Positions 1 through 12,000 of a stretch of DNA of 64,000 bases are shown here, in pieces. Source of the stretch: Dudresnaya verticillata (lineage: Eukaryota); NCBI GenBank assembly GCA_977862235.1, contig OZ374562.1:2108001-2172000 (forward strand), given 5' to 3'. The notes beneath the pieces were generated by a model, which saw only the letters and a program-made list of their open reading frames with translations, was not told the DNA's origin and ran no database searches. Both the position numbers and the translations under genes were made by a program. Position 1 is the first letter of the stretch; every line of letters starts with the position of its first letter.

Positions 1-162
1 ACTTACCCGGTGTCGGCTGAAGTACTTCTATTATTGGCCATCAACTTTTGAACATAACAACAACTAGACAAAGACGGCCATGAACACACTAACATAACAT
101 TGGCCGAAGAGAAAGGACGCCAAGCCTTCACAAGAACTTGGCCATCCACTTGAAGATGGCGG

Positions 163-3100
163 TTAACGCCGGAAGTAGAGGTCAGCGTACTCGCCTGGCC
201 GAGAAGAGTAGGGCATCGGAGACCTTGATCCCGCTGCCCCACCAGCATCCGACGAAGGGTCGGCCGTGCGTGGTAAGAATGGGCTGGCCGCGGGAAGAGA
301 CATGGAAGGCGTGCCAGCCATACTAGAACGCGGAGCCGCCACCGGGGTGCCAGGGACCGAGGGCCCCGCACGAGCGGGCTCAGGTTGATAATCGGACGGC
401 CGAGGCGCAACGCGACTTTGGCCGTAAGGGACATCAAAGACTTGAGCCGGAGTTGTAGGAGCCTGGGTCGGTGTAGCAGCTCCCGGCGTCCCAGCAAAGT
501 TGGGCATCATGGGAACATTGGCCGACAGTTGCTGATTGGGATGATAGTGAGACGGAAATTGGCCAAACGATGGAGCGGCCAGTGCCCTCATGGAAGCCAG
601 CTGGTGGAAGCTGCGGTTGCGCTCCAAGTCCAGTAGCGTCTGCTGCTGATGGGCCGAGTCGCACCAACGGTCGCGCTGGCGCCTCCACTCCTCGCCCTGC
701 TCCTTCTGCATGGCCAACTTATCCTGGGCATCCCGGTTAACACCGTTGAGTCGGTTCAGTTCTCGTTTCAAGTCGGCCAACTCTTCTTCGAGCTTATCAC
801 TAACGGCCTTATCCGCATCTAGATAACGTCGATAGCGTGCAATATCGGCCAAGTCCTTCTCCCGCATCTCCCCGAATCGGCGGATGCATTGGTCCAGTTG
901 GCGTAAGATAGTCACCAACGGGGCTTGGTTCAAATGGCCCCTGACACTAAGCTCGGCCACAAGTCGAGGATGCGGCTGGAGAGTTTGCGGCCGAATGATG
1001 GAAGCTTCGTTGGCCACTTCCACGCCGAAGCTGCTACCGTGGCGGAAGGTAATCTGCTTACCCCAATCGAAACCACAGTACGGCGCGTCTTGCGACCCAC
1101 GGCGAGAAAACAAGTGGAGACGGTGACGGACAGCATCGGCCAACTTGTCGTAGAGGTCCACCACGTCCGGCCAATACACATCGTTGTACAAGTGCTGGTG
1201 TGCGGGGTTCACCGGAAGCGAAGGGAGATCCTTAATGGCCGAAACTCTCTTCTCAATACTCTGAAGGGGCATCCACAACATCCGCTTGGAAGCTTGTGCT
1301 TCGTATCGGAAAAACATAGCGGCCATAACATGAATCTCCCTAGTCTTGATCTGCCGCAAGTAACCGCACCAATCCACTTCAGTCGGCCGTGTGTTGTACT
1401 GATGAACGAAGTAATAGGCCGTGGGACTCAACAAAGGACACTCGCCAGCAGTCGGCCATTCAGACCAAAGGAAGGCCGGAATTGATGGGAAGGTAGTCAC
1501 AGGCGGCCAGAAACACTGTTGCCCACGACCACCGGCCAAGTAGATGTAGCAACCGGTCGTCTGATGAGCAACCCAGTCGGCCGGCGCAATCACGCGACGT
1601 AAGTCCGTGCTGGCCCACTTCGCACTACGCACCACGGCCTGATCTGCACGGTCCAACATCCAAGACTGCGGGAAGGAATGCCACCAAGTCAACATATATT
1701 ACATCACGGAACTTCGGCCGGTAAGCGTAAGCCAAGCTTGATGGACCAGCAAGACGTCGCCCATGTTGAGTAGGAAGGCGCGGTCGCATCCAATCTCCCA
1801 TGGCACCCAATATAAGTGGCCGCCAGCGCGCGAAGAACGGAACTGGCGCCAATTGTCGGCCAGGTTGTCGGGACTCTCACGAAGACGAACCATATCCAGT
1901 TTCGGCGAAGTAGCCACCAGCTCCGTGTAGTTGATGTAAACTCTCGGAAACTTCGGCCATATGGACATGTCGGGCAAACTCGCGTCCAGTCGCAACTCTG
2001 GGCCATCGCGATCTTCAGTCCCCGGTGGGATGTGAGCCGGCCGATGTGACGCCGTGTGGGTGTGTCTAGCAGGGTCGAAGTCCTGCGGCAGGGGAGAAGA
2101 GTTGGCCGGTGTAGAAATCAGGACGGAATGGCCACGAGTTGGACGAGCAGATGATGAAGACGGCCGACGAACTTCCTGACTAACGGCCGTGGCGTCCACT
2201 ACGTCCTCACGCGGAATAAGTGCAGACTCTCTGGGCTCTGGTGTTGGAGCTGGAACGGCCGGCGAAGATGTTTGAGGAGCCGGAGCGGGAACTGGAGCAA
2301 CTTCCCCTTCATCATTTGGGCGAGGGAGATCTTCTAAGTCAGGTAGCTGACTAGCGAAGCGCCGCTGGTCGCCATCACGCATCAACCTGGCCGGTGGCAC
2401 AGGAGTGTCCGCATCAACGTCGATCACTTCGCTCCTTGAAGGAGGAGGTACCTTCTTAACGGCCGCTGCCTTCTCTTCTTCGGCCACTCGCAGCTTCTTC
2501 GACGGTGGACTACGTGACGAATAGGGCTTTAAGCCTGGGCCGGATAGACGAGTAGGCATGAAGGACGGGAGATGACCGCAAGCGAGGCGCCAAACGATGT
2601 GCCGAGGGATTATCGGTGGTCTTCTCAGCTGTCGGCCGTCGTGGGATAGCAACGCCTGCCAAAGCACGCGCCTTCTCCCTTTCGGCCACTACATCCATGG
2701 CCTCACGCAATACGGCCAAGTCTTCTGGGTTGGCCGTCTCAGCAGGATACACCTTCTTCCCATCGGCCGATTTATCGAGAGCCGTATCTGTCGTTTTAGT
2801 GTTGCCATCAGCTCCAACACTGGCAGACGGGGTAGATTGTTTGGCCGAAGCTGAAAGCGGGGCCGGCGGCGCAATAGCGGTAACGGCAAGGAAGAGCGCG
2901 CCGCCTTCTTACTGGCCTGCTTTTTAGCGGCCGTGACGACAGGAGCGGATGACGCTCCTGCTACAGTGTCGGCCGCGGTTGTGCGCGTCAAGGGCGAAGG
3001 CAGTGACGGCGCGAGCGGGGAACTTTTGATGCCGGCCGAGGAAGACGCCGCCGCCACCTTTGGCGACAGAGGAAGCGCACTTATGGCCAGCTTCATTGGA

Positions 3101-3585
3101 GTTAGCTTGGAAGGCTTGGGAGCTAGCGGCGGTGTCCCAGATGACGACGTGAGGATCAACGCACTGGCCGCAGACTCCTTGACGGCCGTTGTCTTCTTGC
3201 TCTCTTCCAGCACGGCCAAACGACTACGCAACTCCTGGATCTCCTTATCTTCGACCGCTCGACGTTCGCGGTAGTTGGCCAAGACCTTCTGCAGCTCTTC
3301 TGTGTTGGCCGACTCCTTAGCTTGCTCATCTGCCGCCTTCTTCTTTGGAAGCACGGCCGTGGTTTTGGATGAAGCTGGCACCGCGACCTTGGCCGGCGCG
3401 CTCTTGGACGACGACGCTACCGCTTTCCGTAAGTCGCCCATTGATGGAGGAGCCTTCTTCTGTGTCTGGTCGGCCGCGTTGTCTTCGCTGGAGGAATCTG
3501 AAGAGATGACGCGCGGGGGCGGGGTCTTCTTCGCCTGACGAGTGGAAGAGGTGCGACGCGCGCGTTGCTTGGCCGGACCGGTCAT
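163..3585 (-). pseudogene. E0 antisense accessory gene (~1100 codons; low-complexity N-terminus, conserved core, coiled coil), disrupted
   Basis: ATG at 3585 (MTGPAKQ). ORFs 2689-3978, 2510-2752 and 1699-2667 are linked by frameshifts. 1699-2667 and 163-1695 are in frame with a single TAA between them. Core motifs TTGCYIY..FPSIP..SPTAYYF..YEAQ align with the E1/E2 antisense proteins. Confidence 0.7.
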
Positions 3586-3797
3586 CGCTACGCGACGGCC
3601 GAGACGTGGCGCTGGAGAAGGTGGAGGGAGGTGAAGAGTAAGGAGCGCAGTCGGCCGTAGGGTGCAAGTGGGCGCAGTGAAGGTGCGCGTGCTGAGGTTG
3701 ACGGCCGGAGATGAGGGTGCCAGACGACGCGGCTCCCGTCTTGATATAGCCGTGATCCGACGTCGCGGCCGGGGGTCCGCGCTTGCGAAGGGGGCTC

Positions 3798-4729
3798 TGT
3801 GGCGCAACGCCAAGGGGCCTCCAAAACGGGCGCAACCGGCCGGGCCAAGTGGGACAGGCAGCCCAATCAGAAAGATACGTTTGGCCAACCGACGACAGTG
3901 CGGCCGAGCGGACGCCGGTGAACATGCGCAAGAGGCACACGTGTCCAACAGGTGTACACGTGTGTCACACGTGGCCACCTACGACACCCAAGCGCACCAC
4001 GTGGCTCGCTGTACACGTATAATCGGTGTGATCGGATCTAGAAGCAAGTGCGGAAAGGAAAATGGATTTGGCCGCAGGTGAAATCAAGCAGAAGACAGCG
4101 GAAAAATCAAGGGAAAATCTAACTCATTTGGCCAACCACTAACGAACAAGTACTTGGTTTAGTCTGGTAAGGGTACAACATTGGCCCGACGCCGGAACAC
4201 AAATAGATATTATGGCCGACGGGGAGTAACCTCGGCCACTAACTGTAGAATAGCTCTAGATTAGCTCTAGTGCCCGATTTTGGGCCTACTTAGACGGCCA
4301 CAGACCACGGCTCGGCCAGAATAGGTACGAAGCCGTCCCGCCAGAGGTTGGGAGTAAAGGTTTGCAACCTTTTCCCAACTCGGCCATTTTCCACTGCTCA
4401 TCCAGGTTTTTGGCCGCGACTTCGTCTGCGCGCTCCCGCTCTACCACGCTTGCTACCGGCGCGCAGGTCCGTTCTACGTTCGGCCATCTCCTACGAAATC
4501 GGATAGATCTTCCTGGTCCTTTGTGGTCTCATTCCGGAGCCGCACTCGGTGGTGCCTTTAGAGATATTACATCTAGGACATTGGAGTAAACCCTGGCAAG
4601 CCGGCTTCAGTCCAGACTACCCCTTTCCGTGCCATGCGTACTTACCCGCTGGCCTCAAGGCTCACGAGTCTACCTCTTCGTACTTGCACGATCAGTCACC
4701 GTCGTTGAAATGTTTTCTTTTGTCTTCTG
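3798..4729 (+). repeat. E0 3' LTR, left part (right part 18895-19046)
   Basis: TG start after the PPT; four CACGTG boxes; shares the GTAAAC..GGCAAGCCGG..TCCAGACT motif with E2-type LTRs. Confidence 0.7.
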
Positions 4730-5175
4730 TGTGGTGCAATCCACTGCATTGACAAGAGGATGCACCTCGGCAGTTCGTGGGCCCGGTGGTAGCGTGAGGT
4801 AGAGGTAGCGGTAGAGCATGGGAATAGCCCCGTAGCGCGACTGTAAAACACTACAAGACCAAGAAAAGGGGGTTACCCTAGAAACGAAAGGAAACAAAGG
4901 AAAAATAAGAGAAAAACAGGATCCTGTACGATGAAGAAGGGTAGCGTACGTACTGGAGTCCAGCGTAGTGACGGAGTCGATAGGGTAGGAGGGTATGTCT
5001 CGCTGGGCCCAAGTTTGGCTGTTTATTGTATGAGGGCGCACGTCAGGGCCTTAATATACTATATACAAGGCGAGTGCGCCTTGGTGGCGGATTCTAATAG
5101 TGAAAGGGAGGCGCGCCACTTGGCATTGCGTGGTGCGCACAAAATCAATAATTACTAAAATATCAACTGTCAGGC

Positions 5176-5815
5176 TGTGGTATAACGAGCGCTGGGGCGC
5201 TGTAAGGAGCCACGTGTACACGCGATGCCTGTAAGGCGTGGCATACAGGAGTGAGATGGCTGCTCGCCATTGGACAATTAACTACGTGAGCGCTATGCGC
5301 GCTGAGTGGTGGACACGCGCCATGATGGCACGTCTATTTTGGGTGTGCCGCCTTACAATGGCGCCGTACGTACGGAAGCGGTATAACCGCTCATTCCTAT
5401 TTTTATTCGCTAGTGTAACTGTTAGTGTACAGTATTAGCTCACTGTTAGCATTATAGCTCTAACTGAGCGGGTAGTACCTTTTCGGCTCCCGCCGTATTT
5501 ATTAGGCCCCTGAGTAGCAGGGGCCCCGCACTAAATGGGCAGCGGTGTATGCCTTGGGCTTTTTTCCCTTTGTTGGACTCTCACGGTATCACCGCTACAA
5601 TCCCCGTTAGGCGTTTACAAGCCGTGCTACCTACGACGACTGCTCTAAGCAGTACGGTTCGCCTCCCCTTTTTCCCCTCTTTTGCAGGGCTTACCGCCCT
5701 CTCAGGTCTCTACCACCCCTTTTGGAGCTACCAACCACGCGAGTGGGATCACGCTTTCAGGACAGCTGTCGTGCTGTGTGGCCGTCTACTCTGGCTTGAA
5801 AGCCATTCTACTACA
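5176..5815 (+). repeat. E1 5' LTR
   Basis: Direct repeat of 17912-18551 (offset 12736). The only difference I found is G5705 vs A18441. Confidence 0.97.
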
Positions 5816-5816
5816 G

Positions 5817-5834
5817 TGGTCTCCCGACCTAGAA
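5817..5834 (+). promoter_or_regulatory. E1 primer-binding site TGGTCTCCCGACCTAGAA (tRNA-Tyr-like)
   Basis: 1 nt after the LTR, starts TGG; identical 18-mer after the E2 5' LTR at 46099-46116. Confidence 0.85.
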
Positions 5835-6215
5835 CAAGTTCTCAGGGTCGGACCCTTTTTCTACCTTACCCTCGACGGGTCGAGTCAAGATATTCAAGAC
5901 TGGACGTTGTCCGTTGAAGTTTCAAGAATCTTCCTTCGAAGGGTAAAACCCTAGTCGTCTAATTGTCGACGGTTTCTACGCTTTATTCCAAGCTCCGGAG
6001 TTACGTCAAATCTTGTGAGCAAGCAAACTACGTTTACGGTTTTTAACCGTCCATAGAAGTACCTTTCAACGTCGAACTGACGCCCGGGTTGAGCTACTTC
6101 AACAGGTTTTCCGTGCATCCTGAGAAAACACGTGTAACGCTACGGTTCCGAACCGTCGAGAAGCCTGGGAAGAAGTCCCCGTTTCCTCGTCGGCAGAGCC
6201 GAAATTTCCAAGAAG

Positions 6216-8930
6216 ATGCAAACATCTAATGGCGACACTACCCGGCCCGGGATAACGAGCCGTGGAGCTAGCCGAACTGGCAGTCTTGCATCCGTAAGGA
6301 CGATTGGGGCTCGCACCCGCGCGGTTTCAACCGCCCTTATAAGAAATCCGGAAACGGATGAGCCGGGACGTCCGCCAAGAATGACGGGCGCCCCGGCTGG
6401 AGAAGAAGTCCCGGGGCCAGGTGTGTATCTGGTCCCGGAAGGAGAAACTACGGTTCGAACCGTCGGAGACCTCCCCGCTGACATCGGGGAGAATTTGGGT
6501 TCGAACCCTGGAACGATGCCGCCATCCATGGCTTTAGCCAGTCTACAAGCCGAGGGTGGACGTGCCCTAGAAGAAGAAAACTCGGCGACCCCGGACGTGG
6601 GGCCGCCGCCAAGAACGAATTACAATTCGTCGGGCGCGCGCTGCTTCACGGAACGTGAAATAGGGCGCTTGGTCGAATTGGGAATCGAACGGTCATTAAC
6701 GACGAGCGTTTTAGCGCTCCTGGAAAGCCAAGCCGATGATACCTTTTCAAAGGTGAAGAGATATTTCGACGAGGCGTCGGCGCGCCGTGACGACCGCCTG
6801 TTGGTTAAGTGTCAACAAGAGATCGTATCTCGATTCCAACAAGGTCCTCTTTCAAGAGGATTAGAAGAAGAAAGGGTCGAAACCCTGCAAGCACAGGTTG
6901 ATTCACTGGGCGACCAGTTGGACGCCGTCCATGGAAATCTCCATACGCTTACCAAGGTTACCGACCTCACTCGAGAGGAAACCGTAATGGCTATAGAAGA
7001 CGTTCGTAGAAACGTAGACGACACAATGTGTGTCGAACAAGACAGAGCGATCGAGCTCTTAAGACAAGAGCTTGATGCGGAAAAGCGGAAGGTTTCATTG
7101 CTGGAAGCAAGGATGCGGCGACTTAGCCGCGAGAGGGATTTAATCCCCGAGGTCGAGCGGCGACGCTCCCCTGTGCCCCGTGGTACGAGGGACCGTCGCA
7201 GGACATCTCCGAGACGAAACTCGGATGTTGAGTCCGGGAACGACGACTTTGGTCGTGGGAGGTCTGACCACCGCCGGTGTGATTGCCGGACAGCTCACGG
7301 ATCAAACGCATGCCGCAACCCCAAGGACTCCCGACAAGACCAGCTCTCTAGCCGTAGGTTGGACGAACAACGTCAAAGTCACTTGCATCATACACCGATG
7401 CAATCGGATGAGGACGAACCAACGTCTAGAGGCCTCTCCAGACCTTCCTGGAGTTCCTGGCGAGGACCCCGACGAGCGGGAATCAAGGAGTTGACTCCGC
7501 GAAACCCTGCTTTTACCCAGGTCCTTTCATACAGAAGATATCGGTTGCTGAACGTCGATTCATATCGAGGACCCGAGGTGACCGAAGCCACGTCAAAGAA
7601 GATTAAACGGATTAAATCCGTGATGAGGAGTCGAAGATTCGATGGGAGTGACCCTGTTGCTATTATTGGCTTTCTAGCCACCTTAAAGCGACAGCTTGAT
7701 CAAGCTCAAGTGAGTGAAGGTGCGGCCATCCTGGTCATACCCGAGTTCCTTGAAAAGGATGCAAAGGACATGTTCGAGGCGAACTTTGATGCAGCCGGAG
7801 ACGATAACGGCGGATTCAACGAATGGCCGGAAGCCATCAACTATCTTCTGCGTACCTACGCCAAGGATGTATACATCGAGAAGATTTCTTCAGAAATGGA
7901 TATGATGACTCAAGAGTCGGCCGAGGATGAAGTTTCGTTTTCTAGACGTCTGCAAAACAAGGCGCGAAAGGTCGCTGGAGTTTACTCCGAACAGGACTTG
8001 ATAACTCGTTTTATACGTGGATTACTACCAGCGGTAAAACCACTCTTGAGCACGTCGGCTTTGGATCCTCGCTCTGCGCGATTGGCGGATTATGTGGAGC
8101 TGGCGACAGCGCAAGGAGATTCACACCGCGCCCTAGCGGGTGGCGGACGTCTTCGGAAAGCGAGCTCAGCGCTATCTCACAAAACCCTGGCTCGGGTGAA
8201 GACTCACAAGTCAGGACGCGCCCTCCTCATTCGTCAAAATAGGACTCAGCGGTCCTCGGATTCGGACACCTCAAAGAGCACTAGCTCTGACGCGGACAGT
8301 GAAGACGCTGTCGTAGCAGCCATTGATAGCGAAGCGCCACCCTCTACAGTAACCCAATCAGATACGGGGTCGGGTGTGCCAAGCGACCGGCCGTACTACG
8401 GAGAAGTCAACGCCGTTCTTCAGAACTACAATAACAGGCTACCTGCATGGGCACAACCTACGAGGACTCAACGTCCGGGATGGGTGACTGTCGAGGACAT
8501 GCCAAACGACATCTGCTTTGAGTGTCTTGGCGTAGGCCATAAAAAGCCTAATTGCCCCTATTTGGCTCGTACGGATGAACCGTCATTTGAAGCTTTAAAA
8601 CGCCAGCAGTTTTACCAACTGTCCCGCGAACAGAAGGCATGGTTAGCAACCATCGGGCGCTTGCCCGAATTTGCAAACGGGAACACCCGCACGGAGCATC
8701 ACGATTATGCATCGTCAGGACGTGGAGCAGGGCCATCAAGAGGGCCTCCCCAAAATTTGGGGCCGGCCCCCGGTAGAAATACCCATGTCCAATTTCAAGG
8801 AGGGTTGAACCACCCAGTGGACGCGCCGCGACAGCAACCGACGGCGCCACGCTCGCCAAGACCAGGGTCCCGACCCCTTCCGCCACCTCCACCGCTACCG
8901 CGGTCTCCTGCTAGTAGGCCGAAAAACTAG
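6216..8930 (+). CDS. gag: E1 Gag (904 aa), coiled-coil N-terminal region, capsid-like core, CCHC zinc knuckle
   Basis: CFECLGVGHKKPNC = CX2CX4HX4C; position after the PBS; ends G-AAA-AAC-TAG. Confidence 0.9.
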   Translation: MQTSNGDTTRPGITSRGASRTGSLASVRTIGARTRAVSTALIRNPETDEPGRPPRMTGAPAGEEVPGPGVYLVPEGETTVRTVGDLPADIGENLGSNPGTMPPSMALASLQAEGGRALEEENSATPDVGPPPRTNYNSSGARCFTEREIGRLVELGIERSLTTSVLALLESQADDTFSKVKRYFDEASARRDDRLLVKCQQEIVSRFQQGPLSRGLEEERVETLQAQVDSLGDQLDAVHGNLHTLTKVTDLTREETVMAIEDVRRNVDDTMCVEQDRAIELLRQELDAEKRKVSLLEARMRRLSRERDLIPEVERRRSPVPRGTRDRRRTSPRRNSDVESGNDDFGRGRSDHRRCDCRTAHGSNACRNPKDSRQDQLSSRRLDEQRQSHLHHTPMQSDEDEPTSRGLSRPSWSSWRGPRRAGIKELTPRNPAFTQVLSYRRYRLLNVDSYRGPEVTEATSKKIKRIKSVMRSRRFDGSDPVAIIGFLATLKRQLDQAQVSEGAAILVIPEFLEKDAKDMFEANFDAAGDDNGGFNEWPEAINYLLRTYAKDVYIEKISSEMDMMTQESAEDEVSFSRRLQNKARKVAGVYSEQDLITRFIRGLLPAVKPLLSTSALDPRSARLADYVELATAQGDSHRALAGGGRLRKASSALSHKTLARVKTHKSGRALLIRQNRTQRSSDSDTSKSTSSDADSEDAVVAAIDSEAPPSTVTQSDTGSGVPSDRPYYGEVNAVLQNYNNRLPAWAQPTRTQRPGWVTVEDMPNDICFECLGVGHKKPNCPYLARTDEPSFEALKRQQFYQLSREQKAWLATIGRLPEFANGNTRTEHHDYASSGRGAGPSRGPPQNLGPAPGRNTHVQFQGGLNHPVDAPRQQPTAPRSPRPGSRPLPPPPPLPRSPASRPKN

Positions 8931-9089
8931 CTAGGGGGGAACCGGTTTCGGTTCACTGGGCGACTCCGGTCGTATCAGTCATATCGGAACCCCCCGATCT
9001 TTCGGAGGAATGTGACTTCCTAAGCGCTTCCTCAACGGACCGATCGGTGTCACCGAAACTTCCGCCTCTTCTTCCAAAGAAGATATTAG

Positions 9090-12000
9090 CACGCCCCGTG
9101 GGCTTACCCCCCCGGGTCTAAGTATCATGAGTATGTTAAGGACCCAATCTGCTCTCTCTCGCGATACAACTATAAAGTTGTCGCGTCCGTTGGGACCTCT
9201 GTTGAACATTTAACTCAAGTCCTCTCAGTACTGGACACGGGCGCGGGCCCTAACCTCACCAGAGCAGATGTGCTATCTTTGGAAGACCGAAAGAAGATTT
9301 CATCGAACCGCTCGATCGTTAACTTAACCTCAGCATCAAGCCACCGATTAACTACCTTGGGGATGATCTCCCTGGTCGTCAGGATTGGGACCTATACGGT
9401 TCGTCAACCGTTCGTCGTAGTCAAGGCTTTAGCCGTGGATATGATTTTGGGTTGTACCTATATCGATACCCACGTCGACGGGTTACGAGTGCGCAAGCAA
9501 CGCGTCGTCCTTCGAGACCGCTCGGTGCACCCGATTCTACGTCGCCGCTGCGGAATCCCGCGAGCTGAAAGCTCTGGAGAACCTATGGAGGTACCTCCTC
9601 TACCTAACTCGCGACTCGTCAGAGTTGCCCTAACTACTAATTTGCAACCAGGTTCGGAAACTTGGGTCGCCGTCACGTGTGCGGCTAAAGGAATTCACTT
9701 CCTGGATTCTTTTCAACGGCTGTACGACCGTCAACAAGTGGTCGTCACGAACGGAATCGTCTCGCTTCAAGAGAACGTTCTTTTCCGCGTAAAGATCGCC
9801 AACTTTTCATCTCGCGTACAGCGGCTCAACAAGAACCAAGTAATTGGCCGAGCCATACCAGCCCCTACGGCCACGCCGGTCTATTCGGTTTCCATCGACA
9901 ATGTCCCTGACACTCCAGTCCCGACGTCGAAATACTCGAGTCCTAAGTCAGAAACATCCTTCGATGTAAGGGGGGCAGGGCTAGCTGCTGCTCTCGGCGT
10001 TGCCGGCTCGAAGCCAGGCGTTAAAACCGCTACCGAAAACCTAACGGTTGACGACCTGACACTGGAACACCTCTCTGCGTCTGACAGACGTCGCGTCCGC
10101 AAAATGCTACGACCGTTCGCTGACATGTGGAGCGGAAAGCTCGGGACCATCAAAGTCACAGAGCATCGCATAGAGCTTACTGACGGTTCCAAACCCGTAT
10201 TTGCCCAACCATATCGGTCAGGACCGAAAGCGCGACAAGCGGAACAAGACGAAGTCGATAAGATGCTCAAAGAAGGAGTCATAGAGCCTGCGCGCTCGGA
10301 GTTTGCAAGCCCAGTAGTGCTGGTTAAGAAGCCTGACGGATCTCTCCGTTTCTGTGTCGATTACAGGAAACTGAATGCGATCACAATTAAGGATTCATAT
10401 CCTCTACCTCGAATGGATGAGTGTTTAGACTCATTGGGCGACGCCCAGTACTTTACAACTCTCGATTGTAATTCGGGCTACTGGCAAATACCCGTAGCAG
10501 CGGAAGATAAGGCCAAAACAGCGTTTACCTGTCATGCAGGTTGTTTCCAGTTCTGCCGAATGCCATTCGGATTGTGCAACGCGCCGGCGACCTTTCAGAG
10601 AACCGTTGATATCCTGTTATCGGGTTACCGATGGAAATCCTGTCTCGTCTACTTGGATGATATCATAATCTTCTCAAAGAGTGTCGACGAACACTTAGGT
10701 CATGTTCAAGAAATACTCTCAGTATTGAAAGAAGCGGGAGTATCGCTCAAACTCAAGAAGTGCAACTTCTTCACGAAGAGTGTGGATTACCTTGGCCACG
10801 TGATCAGGCCTGGACTACTGGAAGTAGCTACGAAGAATACCCAAGACATTGAAGGCTTCAAAGAACCTAAGAATCAGACTCAACTACGATCGTTCATCGG
10901 GTTGTGTAACGTCTACAGACGCTTTGTGCCGAACTTCTCACGAGTTGCATCGCCGCTTAATAGGCGTCTTCAGAAGGATGTGGGATTTGAACTACCTCCG
11001 TTTGATGAAAAGCAACGCGAAGCGTTCGAGTTACTGAAAAAGGCGCTAATAGCGCCACCAATCCTCCGACTCCCGAAAGAAGATAGACCTCTATCGGTGG
11101 ATACCGATGCTTGCGATTATCAGATAGGGTGTGCCCTTATGCAGATGGAACCAGATGGGACACGTCACCCTATCGGGTTTTGGAGCCGAGGCTTAACTCA
11201 GGCGGAACGGAATTACTCCGTCGGTGAGAAGGAATGCCTCGCGGTGGTCTGGGCGACGCAATTGCTTAGACCATATTTAGAAAGGTCGCATTTTGACTTG
11301 TACACCGACCACCAGGCGCTCAAGTGGATGATGAGTATGAAGGATGCATCCGGACGACTAGCACGTTGGCGCTTGCGACTCCTCGAATACGACTTTACGG
11401 TTCAATATCGTAAGGGAAAGAAGAATCAGATAGCTGATGCCGTCTCTCGATTACCTACTTATGGTTTTACCAGCTGGGAACCAGATCTGGAGATTCCTTG
11501 CTTTGTAATCGCTGACAGTGATCGGTCTGACCTTCGCGACCTTTCGGATGGAAGAGATTCGCGAACGGATACCCCGTCCCGACCTTTGGAGGTCTGGGAG
11601 GTGGAACCCGAGGACGACTCAGTCGAGTTGTTACTCGAGGATGAACAACTAATAGCCAACGTAGCTGAGAAAGAAGTGGACGAAAAGAGTCTTTCTCTGC
11701 TCACCGTGGAGGAAGTTCTTCGCTCTCAGCGAACCGATCAATTCTGTATGGGTATCAAACTCGCCATTGAATCTGGAAGGCCAGGCTGCTATCTGGAAGA
11801 TGAACGAGGATTGATAGTCCGACGGTCTTATATAGACAAGACACTACAGGTAGTGATACCTAGAGTCCTTCAAGAACGGGTCCTACATCTCGCGCACTAC
11901 CCGGAGATGGCCGGTCACCCCGGTGGGACAAGGATGTATCATAACTTGCGCCGACAAGTATTCTGGCCTGGCATGGCTCTCGCAGTATATGCAACAGTTC

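Noticed and set aside
1696..1701. Alternative genetic code (TAA = Gln) to explain the in-frame TAA stops
   Set aside because: TAA and TAG terminate gag, pol and the host gene normally, and the long ORFs contain no internal TAR.
4244..4571. TGTAGAA...TTACA as the E0 LTR
   Set aside because: No adjacent PPT or TSD. The start at 3798 has a PPT and matches the 19046 terminus better.
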